A stretch of 64,000 bases of DNA, taken from assembly GCF_963676685.1 (NCBI RefSeq), contig NC_092355.1, positions 63,550,001-63,614,000 of the forward strand, written 5' to 3'. This document shows, one piece after another, positions 24,795-37,554 of this stretch (position 1 is the first letter of the stretch; the number at the start of each line of letters is the position of its first letter). The notes beneath the pieces are model-generated. The model was not told where the DNA came from. It was given only the letters and a program-made list of their open reading frames with translations, and did not search any database. A program made the position numbers and the translations under genes. The stretch comes from Mytilus edulis. Taxonomy: Eukaryota.

Positions 24795-25502
24795 TTAATA
24801 CCGTTCTTTGACCTATAAAAGTTTACTTTTACAAATTTGGACTTGCCTTTGGATGGAGAGTTGTCTCATTGGCACGCATATCACATCTTCTTAGATATTA
24901 TCTATAAAATAACTTCAAAAGATTTTAAAATCAGTCACAATCATATGCTTCATTTATATATACATACAACCTCAAGTTATGTTGTAAAAATAAAAGTTAA
25001 AATCCTATTGCATATACATTTGACAAAATAAAAAAAAAAGTTTACATTAAATTTGATTTTGAAATAATATCAGGTATTTTGTATTGCAAATATTTACTAC
25101 TAAATTTACTAAATAGAATTATGACAGTGTAAAATAAATAAAATTTAAGGTACTTTAAGTTTCTTTTTTTCAAAAATGCATGCTAGAATATTGAACTGCA
25201 ATTACATATTTTTTAGCGACTTGTTATATTTTAGTACAATAGTAAAAGGCATGACAGGAGAATTATAACAATTACGGTAAAACGAAACGACAGGTGCCCG
25301 TTTAATATGCAATTAACGATTTCCCCGCAATCATTATACTTTCAGTGTTGATTAGATTAAACAGTTAATGTATATTGGCGTTAATTAAATGATTATCACC
25401 TTTAATGGTTTAATAGGTAGTTATATTAATAATTAATACACAACATTTCCCCAATAGGCACCCTATCGCTTGACCTTTCAACTAATCACAAAGCATTGAC
25501 GT

Positions 25503-25630
25503 AAACATGGCGGCCACCATGGATGTGTGTATTTCTCGTTCCTAATGGATTTAGTTGAAAATATGTTTGAAATTGGGTAAAATATTGTTGATTCGAAATG
25601 ACAGTCTAGAGTAATAGGATCAAATGTTCC
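25503..25630 (+). promoter_or_regulatory. EXT1 5' leader/promoter: YY1-like AAACATGGCGGC followed by several upstream ATGs
   Basis: Motif at 25503-25514; upstream ATGs at 25507, 25519, 25545, 25563, 25598 and 25624. Confidence 0.5.
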
Positions 25631-26532
25631 ATGCAGGCCAAAAAGCGATATTTTCTTTCAATTCTTCTAGGGATTATCATATGTTTATTGTGTTTTTTGG
25701 GTACAAAGCTCCATAAAAATTCACACCATGGAAGAATTTTTCAAAGGAATTTGTACAGTTTCTTTGACATCGAGGATGAAATCTTTGAAGAGGACTTGCA
25801 CTTGTCCTCTAAACAAAGAAGAGAAACCGCATCTGAGTCCAAAAAACAGCGTTGTAGAATGGAAACCTGCTTTGATTTCAATAAGTGTAAACTCGGATTT
25901 AAAGTTTATATTTACCCCATTCAAGAAAGGGTTTCAGAAACCTATAGTAAAATCTTACGGACCATTCAAAATTCCATATATTATACATCGGACCCGGAGC
26001 AAGCATGTGTATTCATTTTATCCATTGATACATTAGATCGTGATACTCTTAGTAAAGACTACGCCAAAGATATCCAATCTAAATTGGACCAATTGTCGTT
26101 ATGGAATAATGGTAAAAATCATATTGTTTTAAATTTATATTCAGGAACTTGGCCAAACTATATAGAAAGTTTGGATTTTGATATAGGCGAGGCAATGATT
26201 GCCAAGGCAAGTTTATCTGTGTTCAAATTCCGCCCTGGATTCGATATATCGTTTCCGTTATTTGCCAAAGAACTCCCCGAAATAGGTGGGGAAAGAGCTT
26301 ATGTGTATAACTCTATAAACAACATCCCACCGTTTCGAGAATATTTATTAGGATTTAAAGGAAAAAGATATTTAACAGGAATCGGTTCAGAAACGAGAAA
26401 TTCACTCTACCATATTCATAACAAAGAGGATATAATTTTATTAACTACATGTAGGCATGGAAAAAACTGGCAGAAAAAAGCAAGGGAATTAAATGATACA
26501 AGATGTAAAGTTGATAACGAAGAATATGACAA
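25631..26532 (+). CDS. EXT1: Exostosin-1 exon 1: type II membrane anchor and most of the GT47 exostosin domain
   Basis: Starts MQAKKRYF as vertebrate EXT1 does; hydrophobic anchor; motifs CRMETCFDF, DTLDRD, WNNGKNH, NLYSGTWP, FKGKRYLTGIGSETRN, TTCRHGK; ends AA|gtaagt (phase 2). Confidence 0.97.
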
Positions 26533-26749
26533 GTAAGTTAAAAATAACATTACATAAACTAAGGTTTATATATACAATATTACAATTATGTATGTTTGTA
26601 AGGACATGAAGAGCAGCTATTTCTTCCCTGTCCCCTCATTAGAATGTTTCAGTTATAATACAGGAGGGGTCAGAACAAGAAAAATCAAGCAAAGAAATCA
26701 TAGTGAATCCAACATGTCCAAAGGAAAGCTTTATAATAGATTTGTTTTT

Positions 26750-28648
26750 AGCTCACCTGGCCTAAAAGGCCATGTGAGCTTTTCTCATCACTTGGCGTCC
26801 GTCGTCGTCGTCGTCGACGTCGTCGTCGACGTCGTCGTCGTCGTTAACTATTTTTCAAACATCTTCTCCTCTGAAACTACTGAATGGATTTGAATGAAAC
26901 TTAACATGATTGTTCCTTAGTATATCCTGCACAAAATGTGCGCTTCGATTTTTGATCCGTCAAAAAACATGGCCGCCGTTACTTAAAATAGAACATAGGG
27001 GTCAAATGCAGTTTTTGGCTTATATCTCAAAAACGAAAGCATTTAGAGCAAATCTGACATGGGGTAAAAATGTTCATTAGGTCAAGATCTATCAGCCCTG
27101 AAATTTTCAGATGAATCAAACAAACCATTGTTGGGTTGCTGCCACTTAATTGGTAATTTTAAGGAAATTTTGCAGTTTTTGGTCATTATCTTGAATATTA
27201 TTATAGATAAAGATAAACTGTAAACAGCAAAAAAGATCAGCAAAGTAAAATCTACAAATAAGTTAATGTGACCAAAATTGTCAATTGACCCCTTAAGGGG
27301 TTATTGTCCTTTAATGACAATTTTTCACAATTTGTTCATCATATTTGCTAACTTTAAAAAATCTTCTCCTCTGAAACTACTGAATGGATTTGGTTAAAAC
27401 TTAGCATGATTGTTCCTTAGATTATCCTGCACAAAGTGTGTGCTTTGATTTTTGATCCGTCAAAAAACATGGCCGCCGTTACTTAAAATAGAACATAGGG
27501 GTCAAATGCAGTTTTTGGCTTATATCTCAAAAACGAAAGCATTTAGAGCAAATCTGACATGGAGTAAAAATGTTCATTAGGTCAAGATCTATCAGCCCTG
27601 AAATTTTCAGATGAATCAAAAAAACCATTGTTGGGTTGCTGCCACTTAATTGGTAATTTTAAGGAAATTTTGCAGTTTTTGGTCATTATCTTGAATATTA
27701 TTATAGATAAAGATAAACTGTAAACAGCAAAAAAGATCAGCAAAGTAAGATCTATAAATAAGTTAATATGACCAAAATTGTCAATTGACCCCTTAAGGGG
27801 TTATTGTCCTTTAATGACAATTTTTCACAATTTGTTCATCATATTTGCTAACTTTAAAAAATCTTCTCCTCTGAAACTACTGAATGGATTTGGTTAAAAC
27901 TTAGCATGGTTGTTCCTTAGATTATCCTGCACAAAGTGTGTGCTTTAATTTTTGATCCGTCAAAAAACATGGCCGCCGTTACTTAAAATAGAACATAGGG
28001 GTCAAATGCAGTTTTTGGCTTATATCTCAAAAACGAAAGCATTAAGAGCAAATCTGACATGGAGTAAAAATGTTCATTAGGTCAATATCTATCAGCCCTG
28101 AAATTTTCAGATGAATCAAACATCCAATTGTTGGGTTTCTGCCACTTAATTGGTAATTTTAAGGAAATTTTGCAGTTTTTGGTCATTATCTTGAATATTA
28201 TTATAGATAAAGATAAACTGTAAACAGCAAATATGATCAGCAAAGTAAGATCTACAAATAAGTCAATTTGACCAAAATTGTCAATTGACCTCTTTAGGAG
28301 TTATTGCCCTTTAAAGACTTTTTTCACAATTTGTTCATCATGTTGACTTACTTTAAAAAATCTTCTCTTATGAAACTGCTGTATCAATTTCAGCCAAACT
28401 TAGGCTAAATGAGTTTCAGAGTTTCAGAGTATCTAGTATAAATTTTATATTTCATTTCCTTGTATGTCAAGAAACATAGCTCCTATGGCTAAAATAGAAC
28501 ATAGGAAAAAATGATTTTTTTTTGCTTTTGAAGAAAATAGGAAGATTCAAAGAACATTTAAATAAATTGAAAAGCCAAAATAATCATTGATGAGAGATTA
28601 AACCAAAAAAATTCAGGTGAGCGATTCAGGCTCTTGAGAGCCTCTTGT
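26750..28648 (+). mobile_element. Full-length Helentron-associated (HINE-like) element with 3 x 500-bp internal tandem array
   Basis: T-run, AGCTCACCTG..GTGAGCT, (GTC)n, units starting at 26861, 27361 and 27861, 3' CAGGTGAGCG, hairpin AGGCTCTTGAGAGCCT, CTTGTTT. Confidence 0.88.
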
Positions 28649-31447
28649 TTTTATAAATCAAAAATTTTTGCTTTATTTTGAATTTATCTTGAAATCATAT
28701 TTTACTGCATTTTTTTTTTTTAAGATTTGCCTTTTCTTTTTTTCATTTGTAAAATTTCATTTCCTCAAAAATGAAAAGCGCCCGGTTTCATAAACCAAGA
28801 TTTAGGTTTTACCAGTGAAAGGTGGGCAAGATATAAATAAAAATTATGAAATTTCCTTATTACAGGTATCGTAAATGTACCCACTACAAGTAATTTACAT
28901 AAGAAGTTGTAAATTACCATTGACAAATTTGAAGCTTCAATAAAAATATAAACTATATAAAAGGCATTTAAAATGAAGAAAAAAAAAATGCACTAGACTA
29001 CATGTATGTGGATGTTGATATCAAATCTCTTGAATTGAAAGGAAATTTACAACTTATAAATATTGTATTGTCATTTATATTCAGTGTGGGAATTTTATTT
29101 TCAATGTTTCACATAATCACGATAATAATTCAAAATATGAAAAATTAAATGCAGATTTAAAAGGTATAATAAAACCTGTTTTTTGTGAATTTGAGTACAA
29201 AACACTTGAAACAGAACTGTATTTGATAAAAACCTTTAGTTTACCCATGCATGTACATTTAAACATGCAGTTGAAGCTCATTCATTAAATTTACACACAT
29301 GTCAAACATTGTCGTAAAATTAAAACAATTTCTATCAGTAGACATAAATTTTCTATTGAATCATTTTGAATACAAAACCCTATTTAAGCCAAATCTTTGG
29401 TGAAATAGTGTTGACTTCATTTTTGAAGTAGTTAAAACTTAATTTTCTTTGACACAAGTTTTGTGTGAAGTTAGGTTGAGATTATCCAAATTTAATAGAA
29501 AAATCAAAGGAAAGATTTATATATTACATGTACATGTATATTGGCCAAAGAATTAATCTGACAAGTTTCGAGTCTTGATATGTTCAGAAAATATGCAGCC
29601 TTAATCATGTTAATAGGTTAATTTAAATTAATGAAAATTAAGTTCATGTTTTATTTTTATGCTTTATCTACGATAAAAGAGGGGTATAATTTTTCTGGTC
29701 TGTCCATGTGTTTATTTGTCCATTTGTTCATTCACTCGTACATTCGTTTGTTTCGTCCCTCTGTCCTGCTTCACCAAGTTGAACTCTAATCAACTTGAAA
29801 CTTTATACAAATGATCCTTATGATATGATCTTTTAAACTGTAATGCCAAATTAGAGTTTTGACCCCAATTTCACGATCCACTGAACATAGAAAATGATAG
29901 TGCCATTGGGGCATCTGTGTACTATCATGACTATGGACACATTCTTGACATCTTGTTTTTTTTCTGTGAGAGACTTGAATACGACATTTTAGTATTTACT
30001 GCAAAAAGCACAATCACTTATTTTGGCAAAGGTTCCAAAGATGCCCTGTACCAAGTCAGGAATATGGTCATTGTTATATTATAGTTCGTTTCTGTGTGTA
30101 TTACATTATTACGTTGTGTCGTTTGTTTTCTCTTATTTTTGAGTGTTAATTCACATTGCGATAAGACGTGTCACGGTACTTGTCTATCCCAAATTCATGT
30201 ATTTGGTTTTGATGTTATATATATATGTTATATTTGTTATTCTCGTGGGATTTTGTCTATATGTGTTACATTTTAGTGTTATGTCGTTGTTCTCCTCTTA
30301 TATTTAATGCGTTTCCCTCGGTTTTAGTTTGTTATCCCGATTTTGTTTTTTGTCCATGGATTTATGAGTTTTGAACAGCGGTATACTACTGTTGCCTTTA
30401 TTTTACAAGAAGTTGAGATTATGAAATATATGATACTCCTACATAATCCTACATGTAGCTGTATTTATTGGTGAAAATACCAAATTAATTCAACCTTCAC
30501 CTAAAGTTGTATCTTGCACTGGTAAATCCACATTTAATTATTTTTTTCAGTGTTGTGTTACATTATGTTCAGGCATACAAATACAAACAATATATATATA
30601 TATATATGTCTGACACTTAGACACTAAGATCATATTAAAATACAAAATTAAGTTTATCTTACTTTATGAGATGAATCAGATATATACTTACAATTATAAA
30701 ACACATGATAAATGCATTACCAGTAACATGCATTTAACTGTGCATTTTATGAAAATTTGAATTTCACTTTTTACCATGCATGGTCATGGCAAAATTTGAT
30801 AGATGTATGTTCTCTTGAATTCTGGAAATATTCTAACATATATAGGATGACCAGCTGTAAAAAAGGGTCAGGTTCCACATTATAACATGAAAATCACTTT
30901 TTGCCAATTACATACATGTATTAAATAGGTTTAAAAAGAAATTGGCATTAATTCCTTTATTATCCATATACTATATATAATTGTATTTTTGTACATGTAT
31001 ACTACAAATAAACATAACATTTGGCTGTTTTCTGCCCTTTGGTCGGGTTGTGGTCTCTTTTTTGACACATTCCCCATTTTCATTCTCAATTTTACATGTA
31101 TGTGTGTTTGTGTCATCTTGGAATTGTAGATCATCTAGGACTCAGCAAAGACTGGTCATTTATAATGTTTATTTATATCAGTGCATGGAAGTATTATATT
31201 GACAGGAACTACTACGACTCGACTTCAAACGGTTCATCTGCGATGCCGCGTACCATTTAATGACATGTTAATTAACTTGAAACATGGCACTATATTAATA
31301 CACCAGCGTGTGGCACATTGCGATAAAGTCATGTGTCGGTTGTTTCCGGGGTACGGCAATACACGAAGAAAGCGGATGTTGTCATAAATCCTAAGGAAAC
31401 AGTTTATACACACGTGTATAGATGAATGTGAACGAGACATACAATCA

Positions 31448-32159
31448 CAGAGATGCAAACAGTTTTTTTTTCCTGTCAGACAATGGGGCCTACAGGGTAC
31501 CAAGTTTTGCCAGACCCATCAAATTTCTGCCAGACCCATATTTTCACTCAAAAATCAAATGAAATTATGCTATTGAACAAACGTTAATTTTGATTTTGTT
31601 GATATTATTATTATTTTAAAATAACCTGTGATTCATAACAATTGTAGTTTATTGAATAATACATTACATAATATTGATCTGATTAAAAGTTATTCTTCAC
31701 AAGAGTACTTGGAAACAAGATAGTCATTGGTAGTTTGGTCTTTTACCGGGTTTCGACCCACTTACAAATTTTATCGGCCATGACATATTTCCTGAACTTA
31801 TCAACTATGCTTAATAGACCTCCTTCCTAGAGAGCGAATTTCTAAAACAAAAAACATGACGGAAATACGGAGAATTGTTCGGGGCGAGATGGACAAGGTA
31901 CGAAAGACTATTACTGGGCGGAAATACTGGTTCCCGGAGTTAGAAAATGCGGGGGAACAGGACATTTACTTTTATTAAAGATGATCGCAATTTTATAAAC
32001 AAAATACTCTGCCGGGGCCGACGGGGATTTCAGTTTTGGCGGACCCAAGCGGACTTAAATATTGCCGGCCATCAGGTCCTGCACAGCTACGAGTTTTGCC
32101 GGACCTGCATAAATTCTGCCCCTTAGGTCCGACGGGTCCGACGATTAGTTGCATCTCTG
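31448..32159. mobile_element. 712-bp hAT-like non-autonomous element with 6-bp TSD
   Basis: CAATCA|CAGAGATGCAA ... TTGCATCTCTG|CAATCA; subterminal GGACC/GGTCC repeats. Confidence 0.85.
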
Positions 32160-32184
32160 CAATCATTAATTCCAAAGAAACACT

Positions 32185-32397
32185 TTGACAAAGGATGAAT
32201 TTAAGACAAATAATATACCCGATGATTTTTTTTCCTCACATTTTGAAAGTGAGATATCTTGTTCGTGTAAAACGGATGATTCGTCACATCTTATCGAATG
32301 TAAAAGCAAAGATTGCAAAATAAAATTTTATTACATACAATGTGTTGGATTGCAAATTGGCAGCGATGGACCCTTGGATTGGATATGCTGTGAATAG
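32185..32397 (+). pseudogene. Decayed PHD-finger coding fragment, probably transposon-derived
   Basis: CSC..LIECKSKDC..FYYIQCVGL..WICCE*: C4HC3 spacing with His replaced by Tyr and the last Cys position a stop; no ATG or splice context. Confidence 0.6.
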
Positions 32398-33454
32398 TTT
32401 TATAAATTGACCATAATTTGTTTAGTGAGAGTTAGTGAGAGTTTTATGTCTCTAGCATATTTTGATTTTTCGTATGGTAGGTGGTGAGCAGTTCTCTTTT
32501 CTGTAGTTCCACATAAACGACAGTTATGTACCAAAGGGACAGTCAAACTCATAAATCATAAATGAAAAAGACAAACAAACAACAGCACACACGACACAAC
32601 ATAGAAAACTAAAGAATAAACAACATGAACCCCACCAAAAAACTAGGGGTGGGGTTAAAAATTAGACCGTTAAATACATGTACAATTGTATATTTTATGT
32701 GTCTAAAGATTTTGTATGTTGTTTCTTTGGCATCTTTATCATGATTGACAAGTATGAACATATATATCTATATACATTGAAGACCTGTTGGTGACCTTCT
32801 GCTATATATTGTTTTTTCTATGGTCAGGTGGTTGTCTCTTTGACACATTATCCATTTCCATTCTCAATTTTATTATATATAGAAGTCAATAAAAAGGACC
32901 AAGCAGCAAATGTACTATGTACCAGATCGTCTATTCTTTTAGACGATACTATGCAGATAAGGAAAAAATTATATCAGTCTAAACAATTTTCACAACGTTA
33001 CTGATATAAGATGTTATTATACGAAAAATGATGTTATTAAATCGTGTTGACAAATATATATAGGATAGTTTTCAGAGAATATAAAATATAAGTCACAGGG
33101 GATACAGTGTATTGGGTTGATACATTTCAAGTTCTAGGAAATTCAAGTCTGTGCTGTCTTCAATTGCCATATCTAATTTGTGCACACCCAAGCATACATC
33201 TGTACATACATATATGGCCCGTTCATATATACTCCATATATTTAGTACAAAATATACATGCATCACCATCAGTCAACTGCAAATTATGCATGTACATGTA
33301 CACAGAATTAATTTTCATCACATCATCAAACAGTAGCAATACTCTTTCATTACCTATTCAGACTTTTTGTAATAAATCAGTTTTATAGCAAACTAAAGGA
33401 AAACAGTAGGTTTAAGATAACAAATTATTGTGTTGGGTATGTCAGTACAGAGAC

Positions 33455-33737
33455 TGACACATGAATCATGGCTGTTTAATTATACAGTCTGTCAAGTCAA
33501 GTGTTTGCTTCTGTAACAAGAAATAGAGGGGGTATAGAGGAGGGTGACATGTGAATCATGGCCGTTTAATTACACAGTCTGTCAAGTCAAGTGTTTGCTT
33601 CTGTAACAAGAAATAGAGAGGGGTATAGAGGAGGGTGACATGTGAATCATGGCTGTTTAATTACACAGTCTGTCAAGTCAAGTGTTTGCTTCTGTAACAA
33701 GAAATAGAGAGGGGTATAGAGGAGATTGACACATGAA
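33455..33737. repeat. Tandem repeat, 3 x about 91 bp
   Basis: TGACATGTGAATCATGGC..GTCAAGTCAAGTGTTTGC..GGGGTATAGAGGAG. Confidence 0.92.
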
Positions 33738-34132
33738 GCTCTGATCTGAAGGGATGGCCAAAAATATTTGTCTGTTTCATAAGAGTTTCCTATCTACTGT
33801 GTCAAAAATTGATCTAGTAGAATCTGAAATTATAATATTTGCATGTCTCTAAATGTCTTGATAATTTAGATTACTAATCTATGATACATGTATATTTGAT
33901 TTTGTAACAAGTTAGAAAAGGGACAAAAAATTTTCTGAATTAAACATTGTGCACTAGTACTACATTAGATTTATTGGCGCCATGCCGTACATGTATAAAA
34001 TATAAAAAATTAAAGGACATGTGTCGTCATCAATGCTCACTACTATAGTACATGTAGTATGACTCGGTCTGTTTATTTTTGCGACAACTGTTTGCAAAAT
34101 CCAAAGAACAAAAATTTGAACATTTATTTATT

Positions 34133-34522
34133 ATAATTACACCTTATGTAAGAATCCTGGATTTTGATTGGTTGATAGCTAGTGTATTTTTCACCAATTT
34201 ACTGTTATCAAATGCATATCGTTCATTTTTTAACGCCGCCGGGGTATTTGCCAAAAAGATATGCCTTTTTTACCCTCTCTGCCGTGGTATTTGCCAAAAA
34301 ATACTCTATCGAACTGGACGCTTGTAACGTCACGATCATCAATGCGTTTTTGAACATTAACATTCGGTGTAATTAAACAGATATATCATGTTCTTGAGGG
34401 GTATTTGCGAAAAATACCAGTCTTGAGAATGAATTTCCCTCGCCTTACGGCTCGCGAAATTTACCATTCTCTCGACTGTTATTTTTCGCAAATACCCCTC
34501 CTTAACATGATATATCTGTTTA
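34133..34522 (+). mobile_element. Terminal-palindrome repeat, family P3
   Basis: TAATTACACC/GGTGTAATTA short inverted pair, then a palindrome at 34374-34522 centred on CTCGCCTTACGGCTCG. Confidence 0.75.
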
Positions 34523-35408
34523 AAATACCACATAATGCCATATATAATACCATATAATGCCATATGCTGAGATAAATTTGTCATTACATCATAGCCTAAA
34601 CGACATTTATATTTTTGTGGATTTCACTGATTCAGAATTTAAATGGCAAATTAAGATACCATCCATTTCAGCATTTCTTTTTGTCCATTTAAGCGACATA
34701 CAATTTACAGTACTATATGTAGTAATCCATTTTATTCATCATTAATATATATATATATAAGGTCTCTAAATTCAATTGTGTGAGTCATTTTGCTGTTTGT
34801 TTGCCAATCTTATGATAAATGTAGCGTACACAATGTCTGAAATTGACCGAATGTTTATCAAGAAACCTTGGCAGTGTTGGTAATGAACTTTATCCTGTCA
34901 TGCCTCTATTAGCTACTGACAGAAATACTGTACTTGAGTCTGTTCTTCTAATGAAACATTTGATGAAAAGCAAACAATTGAATAAATTCCTGTCATCTTC
35001 TAAGGATATCTTAGCCCTGATGTGATGTTAAGCAATTATCAATAAGACATTTTAAGGTATTAGTGTTAGTGGACATGGTGGAACAAATAAACTGTGATGC
35101 CTACAGTGTTTTGTTATCTTGAAAAATGCATTTATACCTCAATCTGTTCGTAAAATTTTTGTGAATATAAAAACCTAAATATTTGATACACTGAAGTGTA
35201 TTTATCGTATCATCTAGCAGAGAATGATTTTTGAGAACACAACATATTGGTCCAGTTTGATTCTTTTTATTCTAAATAAGTTTTTACTAGCTTGCTTTAA
35301 AAAAAGCTAACATTTAGCATGTAAAGATATCAATACAAGCAGAAATTAGAAATGCCACACACAAAACTAAAGATTTTATCAAGTTAAACATGTACAAATG
35401 ATGTAACA

Positions 35409-35546
35409 ACCTGGTATGAACTCTAGATCTGGTGCTCCAGGAGGCTGACAGTGATCTTTGGTAAATAAACATGTAAGAACTTGGTATGAACTCTATATCT
35501 GGTGCTCTCCAGAAGGCTGACAGTGATCTTTAGTAAATAAACATGA
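35409..35546. repeat. Tandem duplication, 2 x about 70 bp
   Basis: TGGTATGAACTCTA(G/T)ATCTGGTGCTC..GGCTGACAGTGATCTTT.GTAAATAAACATG occurs twice. Confidence 0.85.
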
Positions 35547-35995
35547 ACTTGTAGACCATGCATAGTGTGTAGATCATACCAAAGATAAAATAGAATCTAT
35601 AGAAAGAAAAAGCTTGGTGTAGGATGGAAAAAAATCTTGCTGGATCTGCATGGTTGATGTCTCGCATTGATTTATGACAGAGAATTCAGAAATACTTTGA
35701 AGTACAAAAAAGAAAAAAATGTATATCAGAAGGTGACAGATGTTTGAGAATTGTTTGTACACTTTGATAAACAATAATACACAGCAATAAACAATAATAA
35801 ACAGTGTTAGATAGACATCTGGCAGATTCCATATAAGAAAGTGAAACAACTCCCATAAGCATGTTAGGCAAAAATCATAAGGAATGAACTTCTGTTTTTG
35901 AATACATGCTTTACTAATAAAGATAAAGACAATTTGACCAACAAAAAAATTATGAGCATCATCCTTTTCAAATAAACGAAGCCTTAAATGTTATG

Positions 35996-36347
35996 TTTCT
36001 GACATAAGATTTGACAGACTTTATTTTTTCTGACATAAGATTTGACAGACTTTATTGTTTCTGACATAAGATTTGACAGACTTTATTATTTCTGACATAA
36101 GATTTGACAGACTTTATTTTTTCATACATAAGATTTGACAGACTTTATTTTTTTCATACATAAGATTTGACAGACTTTATTTTTTCATACATACGATTTG
36201 ACAGACTTTATTTTTTCATACATAAGATTTGACAGACTTTATTTTTTCATACATAAGATTTGACAGACAAATTGAGTTTCTGACATAAGATTTTGACAGA
36301 CTTGATTCTGACATAAGTTTTTTCATACATAAGATATTTTGACAGAC
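35996..36347. repeat. Minisatellite, about 31-33 bp unit
   Basis: About 10 copies of ACATAAGATTTGACAGACTTTATT(T)n. Confidence 0.92.
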
Positions 36348-37282
36348 AATATATATTTGTTGTTTTTGACTGACATTGGAAATCAAATCCTAGTTGAAAT
36401 TCATTTTTAAAACTCCTGGAAAATACTGCAGCCTAACATCTAACAAGATTTCACCTCAGGTCAAATAATTTTAACTGTTAGCACATTCAAATGTTTCAGA
36501 CATAAGAAAACAAGTTTGACAGATCTTATGTAGGAAACATATAAGTTTAAACTATTGCTTGAATAAAGTTAAATAAAAAAATCAACATGTATTTTTTCTT
36601 ATGCACAGCATGATTTACAGTTTTAACTGGCATAAATTGGAACCAACAATGATTTTGAAAGATTTTACAGCGATGTTCCTGACATAAGATTTATTGACAG
36701 ACACTGAGCTATAAAGCAAGATATTTGAAAGTGAAAAAAAATATATATCACAGATGTTTTTGACTAAACAAAGTAACAGATTTGGGAACAGGGATGTTTG
36801 AATAACCTGACTACACTATTAAATACCAGTATACAAGTGTCAACATAAAGCATTGTGACACATAAACATTGTGTAAAAAAATGGGAGTTAATTCTGTCAA
36901 TTTTTTTGCATTTTTTCAACTTGTTTTAATCATTTCTACTTTAAACAGAAACAATCATATCCAAAAATTATTTTTATAATTTCATCTAACATCATTATTC
37001 ATCAAAACATTCACCATGTTCACAGATTATGTTTCAAATAACAGTAATTATTATTTTTTTCTATTTATTCATTTTGACAGACATTTCCATTTCTTACATG
37101 GAATCTGCCATCTTACAGATGTGGATTAAAAAATATCAAGAAGTGTAAGGATTTAATATGTACTTTTTGTCCTCAGTCTGTCCTCAATCTAAACTTCTGT
37201 GATCTGATGTTCATATGCTCCCAGCCTCAAGTATAGAAGGTTGTGGGTTTAATTCCTGGCCACTTCGAACAATTTTACTTAA

Positions 37283-37554
37283 GGTGGTACCTAACACTAC
37301 AGGGAGATAACTCTGTAAAGTCAGCTAAACGTTTTAATTAATTTGTGTTGTAAAAGGAATTTTAAGCTTCTCAATGATCAAAATAGGTGTTTGTCAAACT
37401 GCAATATAACCAGTGTAATTTTTCTGACAAAATGGTTGGTTAAAACTTTTTGAAATTTTTATATTTTGTTAAAGGGTAAAAGTAAACACTTAGACAAAAT
37501 TTTATGAAAATTAAACGGGCCAAATTAATTTTAGTGAAAGTGTTGGGTACCACC
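37283..37554. mobile_element. TTAA-flanked MITE, copy 3 (EXT1 intron 1), apparently inside a decayed SINE (about 37210-37760)
   Basis: Same TIRs and TTAA flanks; the flanks resemble a tRNA-like head and a GCTGCTTCTCCACTAAGCA SINE body. Confidence 0.85.

Noticed and set aside
15100-25630. Shared bidirectional promoter for DNAJC27 and EXT1
   Set aside because: The start codons are 10.5 kb apart with many insertions and a gap between them, and each gene has its own promoter-like motif
25721-26036. Alternative-frame and antisense ORFs within EXT1 exon 1
   Set aside because: No recognisable motifs; expected shadows of a real coding exon
25631-26536. 301-aa ORF as a complete, truncated exostosin
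   Set aside because: The stop lies inside the GTAAGT donor, and exons 2 and 3 continue the frame
26588-26893. ORF with poly-Val (likewise 62644-62886 with PSV repeats)
   Set aside because: Translations of the (GTC)n and (GTCC)n tracts of HINE-like elements
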